From a virus (lineage: Duplodnaviria > Caudoviricetes): DNA of 25,412 nt. A model generated the notes under the pieces. That model did no database searches. It had not been told where the DNA came from and saw nothing but the letters and a program-made list of their open reading frames with translations. Location of the stretch: positions 1 to 25,412 of IMG/VR virus record IMGVR_UViG_3300017913_002011; one strand, given 5' to 3'. Shown piece by piece: positions 1-9,800 of this stretch (its first letter is position 1; each line of letters starts with the position of its first letter). Position numbers and translations under genes: made by a program.

Positions 1-45
1 AACCCTGATGATGACAAGAAGAGTTTTGTTGGAGTATATCTATGA
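1..45 (+). CDS. 3' end of an upstream phage gene (partial, NPDDDKKSFVGVYL*)
   Basis: Frame 1 is open from base 1 to TGA at 43-45, which overlaps the next ATG (ATGA coupling, 42-45). Too short to identify. Confidence 0.45.
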   Translation, partial: NPDDDKKSFVGVYL

Positions 46-1406
46 CAATTACGAAAAGAACTACTAAAGGAAGTGCACTAACATACGCGGAGCTTGACGA
101 GAACTTCCGCGATCTCGATAGTGACATGACCATCGACCGTGTATTGCGTAATGGTAATACCACTACAAGAGATTTGACTGTAGGTAACTTGACAATTGCA
201 AGGGTTGATTCACCTGGTTCCGTGGTTCAGGTCAAACATAGTTCAACCGGCGGTGTTGCGGCATATGCAACTGGATCTGGTACAAATAACTCGGCTGTAG
301 TAGGCCTTTCGGTCACTATTACTCCGAAATATGCAGATAGCGAAATCTATATTGATTTTAGCGTATTTTTAGGAACAAGCAATTATCAATCTAAACTGTA
401 TCTTGTGCGAGCTGTCAACTATCATACAGCAAATGCAGGTACACATACTACTATCGGAACTGGTAATGAGTTCAATGGGAGACCTAGAGCTACTGCGGCA
501 ATTGTACCTTATGATGATGTAGCATCAACTGGAGATTATAATATGTATAATCTAAGTAACGTTATTGTAGATAGGCCAAACACTACTGATCCAGTTACTT
601 ACTATCTTAAGATGGCTGCTTATAATGGACAGACAGTGTATTTGAATCGTTCTCGCACATGGCAAAATGGCGGCAGCGGCGGTTATGATGCTGTGCCTTC
701 ATCAAATATAAGAGTTATGGAAGTTGCTACTGATCATACTTCAGTAACATCTCTAACTCATGTTGCCGATGTATTTACTGAAATGCCGAGTAGTGCAGGT
801 CAGACCAGACAAATTCAAATTCCTTCAACCGCTCAGGCTGGAGACATCGCGGTATTGTGGGGTTGGTTTGATGCAAATGCCCAATCATCAGAGACTACAA
901 ACTATGAAGTAAATGATCCAGGTGGTTGGACACTTGCAGTAGGCACTAACCAATTAGAAGATGCTGAACTCTTCGGATATATCCACGGATCGTCATGGGT
1001 AAAAATCCTGAATGAAGATGAAGTCGGTTTCAACATGACACTAACATCTAATGCTATTGGTTATATGTCTGCTTGTATGGCTGTCTTCAGGCCAGATAAA
1101 CCAATCAGCGAATTCTATATTAAGAATGGTAACTACTTCTCATCAGCTAGTTCATTCAGCAGAACTATGGATAAGAGCAGCGTAATTCCTGTTGCTGCAG
1201 TCCTAGTTGGATTAGGTGGAAGATACAGCGGCCAGAATCCTACATTGACCGGAACAGATATTACTGTAGTGAATAGCTCAGGTACAGAAGGTGATCCTAA
1301 GTATGGATACAAGATTTACAATTCAGGTTCACTGGGCAATCAGACATTCACAACGACAGACGCAGGTAGACAAGCAATGAATGCATTCTACCTCGAAGTG
1401 GTATAA
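42..1406 (+). CDS. Virion structural / tail fibre-like protein (modular)
   Basis: 454 aa, S/T/G-rich; GGAG at 31-34 upstream. N-terminal TITKRTTKGSALTYAELDENF resembles fibre anchor motifs. It is followed by a GSVVQV...GLSVTITP...SEIYI beta module and a C-terminal IPSTAQAGDIAVLW module. Sits directly before gp25. Confidence 0.65.
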   Translation: MTITKRTTKGSALTYAELDENFRDLDSDMTIDRVLRNGNTTTRDLTVGNLTIARVDSPGSVVQVKHSSTGGVAAYATGSGTNNSAVVGLSVTITPKYADSEIYIDFSVFLGTSNYQSKLYLVRAVNYHTANAGTHTTIGTGNEFNGRPRATAAIVPYDDVASTGDYNMYNLSNVIVDRPNTTDPVTYYLKMAAYNGQTVYLNRSRTWQNGGSGGYDAVPSSNIRVMEVATDHTSVTSLTHVADVFTEMPSSAGQTRQIQIPSTAQAGDIAVLWGWFDANAQSSETTNYEVNDPGGWTLAVGTNQLEDAELFGYIHGSSWVKILNEDEVGFNMTLTSNAIGYMSACMAVFRPDKPISEFYIKNGNYFSSASSFSRTMDKSSVIPVAAVLVGLGGRYSGQNPTLTGTDITVVNSSGTEGDPKYGYKIYNSGSLGNQTFTTTDAGRQAMNAFYLEVV

Positions 1407-1409
1407 ATA
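1402..1409 (+). promoter_or_regulatory. T4-type late promoter (gp55 -10 box TATAAATA)
   Basis: Exact TATAAATA overlapping the stop codon (1404-1406), 5 nt before the gp25 ATG. Confidence 0.8.
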
Positions 1410-1414
1410 GAAGC

Positions 1415-1855
1415 ATGGCAAGAGTATTCGCACAAGAAGATGGCAATCTAGAAACGAAGCCGATTACGACTTCGCGCTCAGCCACGTATACCGATATTGA
1501 TCTGGCATTTAAGAATAAACCTTCGGGTGATATTTTTAAGAAGTCAGATGCGGCTGCAGTCAAACAGGCAGTCAAGAATATTCTAATGACAAACTTTGGA
1601 GAAAAGCCATTTAAGCCTTTCTTCGGTGGTGACTTAAATCGTTTTCTGTTTTCGCTTGACGAGGAGTTTGATGAGACAGAAATCCAGGATAGAGTAAGAA
1701 CTGCTATTACAAATTACGAGCCGAGAGCAATTGTAAGAAGCGTTATTGCTGAGTTAGAAGGTGACCAAAATTCTGTCAGAGTCATAGTAAAGTTTCAAGT
1801 AGTCAACACTCTGGAAATGGTTGACTTGCAAGTTTCATTAACGAGGTTGAGGTAA
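1415..1855 (+). CDS. gp25: Baseplate wedge subunit gp25 (GPW/gp25 family)
   Basis: YTDIDLAF, AVKQAVKNILMTNFGEKPFKPFFGGDL and ITNYEPRA motifs; 146 aa; TAATG-coupled to gp6. Confidence 0.92.
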   Translation: MARVFAQEDGNLETKPITTSRSATYTDIDLAFKNKPSGDIFKKSDAAAVKQAVKNILMTNFGEKPFKPFFGGDLNRFLFSLDEEFDETEIQDRVRTAITNYEPRAIVRSVIAELEGDQNSVRVIVKFQVVNTLEMVDLQVSLTRLR

Positions 1856-3684
1856 TGGCAACAGTAATTAAATCGTCAGATTTAGATTTTGATACTATTA
1901 AAGAAAATCTAAAGACGTACCTAAAAGATAAAAGCGAATTTGCTGACTACAACTTCGAGGCCTCGGGTCTTTCGAATATCATGGACGTGTTAGCATACAA
2001 CACTCATTTGAATGGATTGATCGCAAACATCGGCGTTAACGAATCATTCCTTGGTTCGGCTCAACTGAGATCCTCGGTCGTATCTCACGCCGAAGGATTA
2101 GGTTACTATCCACGTTCAATCGCATCTTCTACAGGAACTATCAAAGCATCTCTTGCTACTACAGTTACGACAGTAAACACTGTTACGCTTCCAGCATTCT
2201 CAACATTCAGCGCAAGTGTTGATGGAGTATCATATACATTCCAGACTCTTGAAGCTTACATTGCTACGAATGATGGCCTCGGTAATTTTAAATTTAAGAC
2301 AAGTGCTGGCAGCGAAGATCTTCCAATCAAGGAAGGTACACTCAAAACAAAGACATTTATTGTAGGTGAAACAGGTGATGAGCAGGTTTATATTATTCCT
2401 GACAGAACTATCGATACAAATACAATCGGTGTTAAAGTTTTTGATACGCTGACATCCTCTACGTTTACTACATACACCGACATTGAAAACCAGATTCGAA
2501 TCAATAATGATTCAACTGTATTCCTTGTTAGAGAAGCGCCGAATGGATTTACTGAATTAATCTTTAGTGACGGTAACGTTCTTGGTACATCTCCATCATC
2601 TGGAAACAAGATTGAAGTAACATATCTTTCTACAAAAGGTGCAGTGGCCAATGGAGCTACTACGTTTGTAGCTGATGATGATATTACAATTAATTCTGTA
2701 GACTATACAGTAAATGTAACAACCGTTTCAAACTCTGCTGCTGGTGCTGTGAAAGAATCAATTCAGTCAATCAAGGCAAACGCTCCGCTGGCATTTGCTA
2801 CACAGCAAAGACTGGTTACAGCCGAAGACTACAAGGCCTTGATTCTACAAAGATACTCTGCTTCAATTGAAGACGTTGTTTCTTGGGGTGGTAATGATAA
2901 CGTACCAGCTATCTATGGAAGAGTGTATGTATCTCTGAAGTTCAAGACAGGTGTTTCGGCTTCTACTCAATCGACAGTGAAGGATGCTATTAAGGAAACA
3001 CTTTCAAAGAACCTTGCTATCATGTCAATCGATACTGTGTATAGCGATCCAATCGATACATTCCTTGAAGTAACGACAAGATTTAACTTTGATCCTGATT
3101 TAACTAGCGATACCGTTGAAACAACTCAGACAAATGTTCAAACAGCGATCAACAACTTCTTTGCAAATAACTTGAGTAAGTTTGAGTCTGTGTTTAGAAG
3201 ATCTGTAGTGTTAGGAGAAGTTGACGATCTGTCTGCAGCTGTGCTTAACACAACCATGTCAGTGAAAGTACAACAAAGACTTGTGCCTACACTCAATAAT
3301 CTTCAGGACTTTACGACTAACTTCCCTGTTATTCTTGCTGCACCCGATGCTGAGGAAAGAGTGATTACTACAACTAACTTTACAGCTCTTGGTCAGAGGT
3401 GTTTCATTCAAAACAGGCTCGAGTCGAATACTCTTGAATTGATTGGCGCAACAACCGGCGATATTTTGAGAGATAACATTGGTTCTTACAATGCTCAAAA
3501 AGGTACGGTCACGTTTAGTGGACTAGAGATTACTGCATACGAAGGTACTGCAATTAAAGTGTCTGCTACTCCTGCTAATCAGGCAACGATCAGGCCACTT
3601 CGAAATTATATCCTAAATATCGATACAGATAAATCAGCATCTATCGCTGACCTTGACTTCCAGAATACTGCGGTTACTCTTTAA
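1855..3684 (+). CDS. gp6: Baseplate wedge subunit gp6
   Basis: LDFDTIKENLKTYL, FADYNFEASGLSNIMDVLAYNTH, SAQLRSSVVSHA..LGYYP, QQRLVTAEDY and SWGGNDNVPAIYGRVYVS motifs; 609 aa. Confidence 0.93.
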   Translation: MATVIKSSDLDFDTIKENLKTYLKDKSEFADYNFEASGLSNIMDVLAYNTHLNGLIANIGVNESFLGSAQLRSSVVSHAEGLGYYPRSIASSTGTIKASLATTVTTVNTVTLPAFSTFSASVDGVSYTFQTLEAYIATNDGLGNFKFKTSAGSEDLPIKEGTLKTKTFIVGETGDEQVYIIPDRTIDTNTIGVKVFDTLTSSTFTTYTDIENQIRINNDSTVFLVREAPNGFTELIFSDGNVLGTSPSSGNKIEVTYLSTKGAVANGATTFVADDDITINSVDYTVNVTTVSNSAAGAVKESIQSIKANAPLAFATQQRLVTAEDYKALILQRYSASIEDVVSWGGNDNVPAIYGRVYVSLKFKTGVSASTQSTVKDAIKETLSKNLAIMSIDTVYSDPIDTFLEVTTRFNFDPDLTSDTVETTQTNVQTAINNFFANNLSKFESVFRRSVVLGEVDDLSAAVLNTTMSVKVQQRLVPTLNNLQDFTTNFPVILAAPDAEERVITTTNFTALGQRCFIQNRLESNTLELIGATTGDILRDNIGSYNAQKGTVTFSGLEITAYEGTAIKVSATPANQATIRPLRNYILNIDTDKSASIADLDFQNTAVTL

Positions 3685-4661
3685 TGGCACATCAACTGAA
3701 TGATAAAAATAGGAGACATCCTACACTTACTACGGCCAAGACCGGCGAGGTCTTGCCTGAGTACTATGAGGTAGACAACCCTAAGCTTATCACTCTTCTC
3801 GATGAATACTATAATTTTCTTGACAGTGATGGAGCTCAATCATTTGCAGATCAGATTGAGCAGATTCATAAGGCAAGAGATATTTCAAGCACTCGCAATA
3901 ATTTTCTTGATGAGCTTATTACAGAACTAGGTAATGGATTAACACAGTCTTCATTCTTCCAGAATCCAAGACTGATGGCAAAACTTCTTGCTGGTTTTTA
4001 CAGATCGAAAGGTACACTTGTTTCAGCCGAAGGATTTTTTAGAGGATTCTTTGGCGAAGAGGTTGTTGTTGAATATCCAAAGGAACAGATCTTTATTGTT
4101 GGTGACTCGAAGATTGGATTTGATTCTCAAAAATTTATTCAGGACAATGGCATCTATCAAATCTTTTCAATCCTTCTTAAAGTTGGTATCTCAACTCGAG
4201 ACTATCAGGCATTGTATAAGAGATTTGTTCATCCGGCAGGCTTCCACTTTGCCGGTGAGGTTGCTATTCTTGAAGAAGCAAAGATTGGTCCATTTAGTAA
4301 CGGTCTTACTGCACAGGGTTTGAACCCTATCGATTCGGATGCGCTGAACCCGATCTTTATTACACAAGCATCTCCATTGCTTGCTACAGAATTTACAGAA
4401 CTTACTGCACTTATTGATTCCGGCGGTAATGATGATGTATACAGAGTCGGTATTAGCCAGCAGATTTCAGTATACCAGAACCTGACCGCAAGTTCTCTTA
4501 CAAACTTCTATCCTTCTATTATCTCACTGTTAACACCTAACTCGTTTACATTTGATGATAGTACAGCAACCGGTGGACCTGACTTCTCAATGACTCTTGA
4601 GACGATGGATAACTCAAAGTTTACGCGATATACTGCAAATATCCTTGACTCTACGATATAA
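3684..4661 (+). CDS. gp7: Baseplate wedge protein, short gp7-like
   Basis: LLDEYYNFL, FYRSKGT..S..FFR.FFGEEV.VEYP, IQDNGIYQIFSILLK and YKRFVHPAGFHFAGEV motifs, as in T4-like gp7 N- and C-terminal parts; follows gp6; only 325 aa. Confidence 0.75.
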   Translation: MAHQLNDKNRRHPTLTTAKTGEVLPEYYEVDNPKLITLLDEYYNFLDSDGAQSFADQIEQIHKARDISSTRNNFLDELITELGNGLTQSSFFQNPRLMAKLLAGFYRSKGTLVSAEGFFRGFFGEEVVVEYPKEQIFIVGDSKIGFDSQKFIQDNGIYQIFSILLKVGISTRDYQALYKRFVHPAGFHFAGEVAILEEAKIGPFSNGLTAQGLNPIDSDALNPIFITQASPLLATEFTELTALIDSGGNDDVYRVGISQQISVYQNLTASSLTNFYPSIISLLTPNSFTFDDSTATGGPDFSMTLETMDNSKFTRYTANILDSTI

Positions 4662-4664
4662 ATA
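4657..4664 (+). promoter_or_regulatory. T4-type late promoter (TATAAATA)
   Basis: Exact TATAAATA overlapping the gp7 stop codon (4659-4661), 21 nt before the ATG at 4686. Confidence 0.8.
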
Positions 4665-4685
4665 ACAGAAACTAGAGAGTGATTA

Positions 4686-5513
4686 ATGACTAGACAAAAT
4701 ATATCAATTGGAACCTCAGCAAACGATGGTACCGGAGATACACTAAGATCTGCCGGCACAAAGATCAATGAGAATTTTGTTGAGATTTACCAGAAAATCG
4801 GTGGAGATAGTGACAACTTCTCTGCACAGATTTCATTTGAAGATAGCGCCATTGTGTTCGAAGGTGCTTCGACTGACGCGCATGAAACACGTCTAGTTGC
4901 AAGTGATGTTACTGCTGACGTTAAGATTACACTTCCTGATTCGGATGGTGTAGTAACAATTAATGCTGGTAGACAAACACTTACAAATAAATTACTAGAA
5001 AGTCCGACAATTAATAGTCCAAAAATTGCTGACAGAATCAATGATTCTGATAACAGTGAGATTATTTTATTCACAAAGAATGGATCCGGAGCTGCGATTA
5101 ATCATTTTCATATGCAAAATGCTATCTCAGCGAATCCGATTAAATTTACTGCAGCAACTTCAAATACTAACCTTAAGATGGAAATTGCTCCTAAGGGTAA
5201 CGGTGTCGTTGAAACTACTCGTGCTTCATTCAAGGAAGTTGAAAAGAGTTCTGCTGGTAATATTACAAATACTGACCCATCATATATTATTTGTAACTCG
5301 GGCTCAGCATTAGCACTGATACTCGATGATGGAACTCATACTGGAGAAATTAAATACTTTACAAACAAGGGCGCAGGTGTCGCAACAGTTACAGTAACAA
5401 GTTTTGCAAATGGTTCTAGCTTTGCGATTGCACAGAATGAAGGAGCACAGTGTATTTGGGATGGAAGTAACTGGTTCCTCGTAGGAAATCAAAGCGTAAC
5501 AACGGTGGCATAA
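4686..5513 (+). CDS. Baseplate protein with T4 gp9/gp10-type N-terminus (tail fibre connector-like)
   Basis: MTRQNISIGTSANDGTGDTLRSAGTKINENFVEIY matches the gp9/gp10 N-terminal motif; also QTLTNKLLESPTIN and a C-terminal IWDGSNWFLVG; 275 aa, close to gp9 in size. Confidence 0.75.
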   Translation: MTRQNISIGTSANDGTGDTLRSAGTKINENFVEIYQKIGGDSDNFSAQISFEDSAIVFEGASTDAHETRLVASDVTADVKITLPDSDGVVTINAGRQTLTNKLLESPTINSPKIADRINDSDNSEIILFTKNGSGAAINHFHMQNAISANPIKFTAATSNTNLKMEIAPKGNGVVETTRASFKEVEKSSAGNITNTDPSYIICNSGSALALILDDGTHTGEIKYFTNKGAGVATVTVTSFANGSSFAIAQNEGAQCIWDGSNWFLVGNQSVTTVA

Positions 5514-5514
5514 T

Positions 5515-6894
5515 ATGGTAGCAATTGTAACAGATCCTTTAAGACAAAAATTCGCAAACCTGCTGTTTGACGAAATTCAAAACTCGACTGATATTAACGA
5601 GTACTATCTCGGAATCGGTAAGGCAGATCCTTATGATGCGACGGATACTACAGCTACTCCGGTACGTACAACTAAGGAAGAAAGAATCGCAAGAGGAAAC
5701 CTACAGTCAATTAAAAAAGTGACTGGTAACTCATTCGTTATTCCTCGATATAACTGGACATCTGGTGCCATTTACTCTGGCTGGTCAGATGCACAGGCTG
5801 GTATTCCTACAAATTCATATTACGTATTGACAGAAGATAACGAAGTCTATATCTGTATCCAACAAGGTAAGAACGCAGCAGGTCAAGCTAACACCTCGAT
5901 TATCAAACCATCATTTACAGATGCCGGTGTTAATGTTCAGGATGTATTCCAAACTTCTGATGGTTATCGTTGGAAACTTGCATACTCAGTTTCTGCTGCT
6001 CGAGCTTCAACCTTCCTGTCATCTACATTCATTCCATGTCAAGACCAAGGGTTAATTGCAACTGGTGACTCTGCCGCATCCGGTGCTTTCGAACTTCAAC
6101 AGAATACTATTCGTAACAACGTAACTAAAGGCCAGATTCTTGGTGTAGAAATCGTGGATGGAGGTACTGGTTATTCTTCAGCTCCGACTATTACATTCAA
6201 AGGAAATGGAACCGGTGCTACAGCGACTGCTACTATTTCAGGTGGTGCTATTGTTAAAGTTGAAATGGATAACGAATCTGCTGGCATGGGTTCAGGCTAT
6301 GATTATGCTTCGGCTACTGTAACTGGTAACGCTGAGCTTAGACCTATTATCGGTCCTAGAGATGGATTAGGGTTTAGTGCAATTGCTGACCTTAAGTCAT
6401 CTTCAATTATGTTCAACATCAAACCTTCCGGCACAGAGAGTGGAACGTTTAATACGACAAACGACTTCAGACAAATCCTTCTATTTAGAAACTTCGATTT
6501 GACTGATAGCTCCGGTGGTGCTGGTCCAAGATATTCGGGAACTTCTGCAAAAGTTAATCGATTCCTTACAATCACAAGCACGATCTCAGCATCTAACTTT
6601 GTTGTTGACGAAAAAATTACAGGTGCTTCTGGTGTAACTGCATTTATCGATGAACTTGATTCTGCAAGTGGTAACAAGATCTTCTTCCACCAGAATGAAA
6701 ATACTGTCAACGGTGACTTTGGCGACAATGAAGCTATCTCTGGAAGCTTGGTTGGTTCAGCCACGACCGATAGCGGTAGTAAGTTTTCATCGGTAGATAT
6801 TTACAGCGGAGAGTTGTTATACATAGAGAACAGAGCCAGAGTTATTAGAGCAGCTGCTCAAACAGAAGACATTAAAGTTATTATTACGGTGTAA
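5515..6894 (+). CDS. gp8: Baseplate wedge subunit gp8
   Basis: VIPRYNWTSG, YYVLTEDNEVYIC, DGYRWKLAYSV, NDFRQILL and C-terminal YSGELLYIENR...QTEDIKVI motifs; internal GGTGYSSAPTITF insert. Confidence 0.88.
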   Translation: MVAIVTDPLRQKFANLLFDEIQNSTDINEYYLGIGKADPYDATDTTATPVRTTKEERIARGNLQSIKKVTGNSFVIPRYNWTSGAIYSGWSDAQAGIPTNSYYVLTEDNEVYICIQQGKNAAGQANTSIIKPSFTDAGVNVQDVFQTSDGYRWKLAYSVSAARASTFLSSTFIPCQDQGLIATGDSAASGAFELQQNTIRNNVTKGQILGVEIVDGGTGYSSAPTITFKGNGTGATATATISGGAIVKVEMDNESAGMGSGYDYASATVTGNAELRPIIGPRDGLGFSAIADLKSSSIMFNIKPSGTESGTFNTTNDFRQILLFRNFDLTDSSGGAGPRYSGTSAKVNRFLTITSTISASNFVVDEKITGASGVTAFIDELDSASGNKIFFHQNENTVNGDFGDNEAISGSLVGSATTDSGSKFSSVDIYSGELLYIENRARVIRAAAQTEDIKVIITV

Positions 6895-6897
6895 AGA

Positions 6898-9800
6898 ATG
6901 GCAACAAATCTTACCAGCAACTCTTTTAAAAGTACGTATAAAGACGACTATAAGGACAGTGATAATTACCACAGAATTCTATTCAATAGTGGTAAGGCTC
7001 TGCAGGCTCGCGAACTTACGCAGATGCAGACAATCATTCAGAATGAAATTGAAAGATTTGGTTCAAATATTTTTAGAGACGGTGGAGTTGTTGAGCCCGG
7101 TGGATTAAGTGTTAACAATCGATTTGAGTTTATTAAGCTTGCTGCCAACCAGTTACCCGCTGACACCGACGATATTATTGGTAAGACATTTACGGTCAGA
7201 GCGCCTGACCCTCAACTGAAAGTCAAGATTCTTAAAGCCGTAGCTGCATCGGGTTCTGATCCTGAAACACTTTATGTAGAGTATGTTTCTACATCAGCTG
7301 GTACAGCTGGTACATCAACAGTTAGAGTTGGTAACGGTCAAGTTCTCGAAAATGCTTCGTTAGGTAGTAGCTACAATATGACCACTGCTTCTGCGGGAGC
7401 GGCTGGTGTAGGTACGGAAGCCTCTATTGCAAAAGGTAGCTTCTTTGTACAAGGACACTTTGTCTTTGTCGAAAAACAATCATTCTTTGTTGACAAGTAT
7501 TCCGGTACTCCAAACGAAGATATTGGGTTTAAAATCGAAGAAAATATTGTTTCGGTCGATGATACCAATGCTCTTTATGATAATCAAGGTGCGGTTGCTA
7601 ACCTTGCAGCACCAGGTGCTGACAGATATCAGATTAAACTTACATTAAATAAAAGATCTGCACTCGCTGCTTCTGATAACTTTGTTTATCTCGCAAAGCT
7701 AGTGAATGGTAGGATCTCAGACGAAACACGTACAGATAATTCATATAGAAGATTAGCTGATACTCTTGCATTAAGAACGAAAGAAGAGTCCGGTAACTAT
7801 ATTGTTAATCCGTTTACTGCAAAGTTTGAGCCTCTCAATGATTCTAACCTAACACTTCAAGTTACTGAAGGTGTTGTGTATGTTGATGGTTATAGACTAC
7901 AGGTAAATGCACAGGATATTACTGTACCTAAAGCACAAGAAACTGCGCAGATTGAAGGTGAAACCGTTACTGCTCGATATGGTAACTACGTTCTAGTGAA
8001 GGACAGTGACAACAAAGGTTTCCCTGTTACTACAAATTATCCTGAAGTTATTCTGCGAAATGCTGTAGACTTTGGTGGTAGCACCATTGGTACAGCAAGA
8101 GTACGTCAACTCGAAGAAGATAACGATACACTTAGACTTTATCTCTTTGATTTGAAAATGAACTCCGGTCAAAACTTTGGTGCAGTCAGATCACTTGGTG
8201 AAAGTGCTGGTGAACACATGGACATCCACCTTGAAGGTGGTATCGCTACACTAAAGAACACCGGTGAAAATGACCTGCTGTTCCCGCTTCCAAGAACACG
8301 TCCTACCACAACTCTTGATTGGGGTGCGATTGATGTACAGAGAAGATTTACTGTAACTACCGGTGGATCGGGTACAGGTACTGTAAGTATTTCAGATGGT
8401 ACGTTTGTAAATGCAAACCAGTGGATGGTATCACCATATAATGATGATATGTCAGGTTCCAATTCCGGTACTGCGAGTGGTGCTGGTGGCACTACACTGA
8501 CTGTGACTGGTGCAAACAATACTACATATGACGTATATGCACTCGTAAGAATTTCTTCTGCCGACACATCAAGAAAAGCAAAAGTTCTTACCGAAACAAC
8601 TAGAACCGTGACATGGCCTACAGTCGAGTCTGATGGATCTGGCACAGCCTTTATCAGCTTGCAATATGCAGACGCCTATGATATCAAGAGATTGCGCATT
8701 GATGATTCTGACGGCGCAGACATGAAAGATAACTTCATCTTTGATAACGGTCAGAGAGATAACTTCTATGGAATTGGTAGACTGATTCCAAAGCCTGGTG
8801 TTACGATTAACAGTGGTACACAGATCTTTACAAGATATAACTATTTTGCACCTACGGGTGGTGGTCACTTCTATGACATCTCATCTTATCCGACTGCTGT
8901 AGCTTATGATGACATTCCATCACATAAGCTTTCTGATGGTACAACAGTTTCTCTTAGAGATGTGCTGGACTTTAGACCACATGCACATGATGCTACTCCA
9001 ACTACCGGTGCAACAAAAGGCACACTGACTATTAACTTCAGTGGCGCTAACTCGAATACATTCGATTTGCCAGTCAACACTGATGCTGTCGATGGTGATG
9101 TAACATATTACATGCCAAGAAAAGATCGCTTGATTGCTACAACTCTGGACAATGCAGGCGAAAGAGATTATCGTGGTAAGGTAAAGGTTGTACGTGGTGT
9201 ATCCTCATTTGATCCTCAGTTCCCTGAGATTCCAGCTGGATCCATGCCGCTGTATAACATTTCAATGAATCCTTTCACGCTGAATGAATCTGACATGACA
9301 ACCTCTGTCATTCCGGCTAAAAGATTCACCATGTCTGACATCTCAGAGTTGGAACAGCGTATTGACAAGCTTCAAGAATTAACTACACTGAGCCTGCTGG
9401 AACTGAACACCTCATCTCTGACGGTGCTTGATGCAGCCGGACTTGAAAGAACAAAGGCTGGATTCCTAGTCGATAACTTCAAAGATGATGCATTCTCAGA
9501 TATTGAAAGAGTCGAATATAGAGCTGGTAAAGATGTTCTAGAAGGACTTCTGACTCCTGGCAACGAAGTGAATAACACTCGCCTGATTTATGACTCAGCA
9601 AATAGTACTTCACAGAGAAATGGCGATATTGCAATTCTTCCTATTGCCAGCCACGTTGCAATGATTGATCAAAACCTTGCGACTGAAACAGAAAATATTA
9701 ATCCATTTGCGGTTATTGTTTCAAACGGTCACTTGGAAATGTCACCTGCTTCTGATGAATGGGTAGAAACTCAGTATCTTCCAGATCGTGTAGTAAGTGA

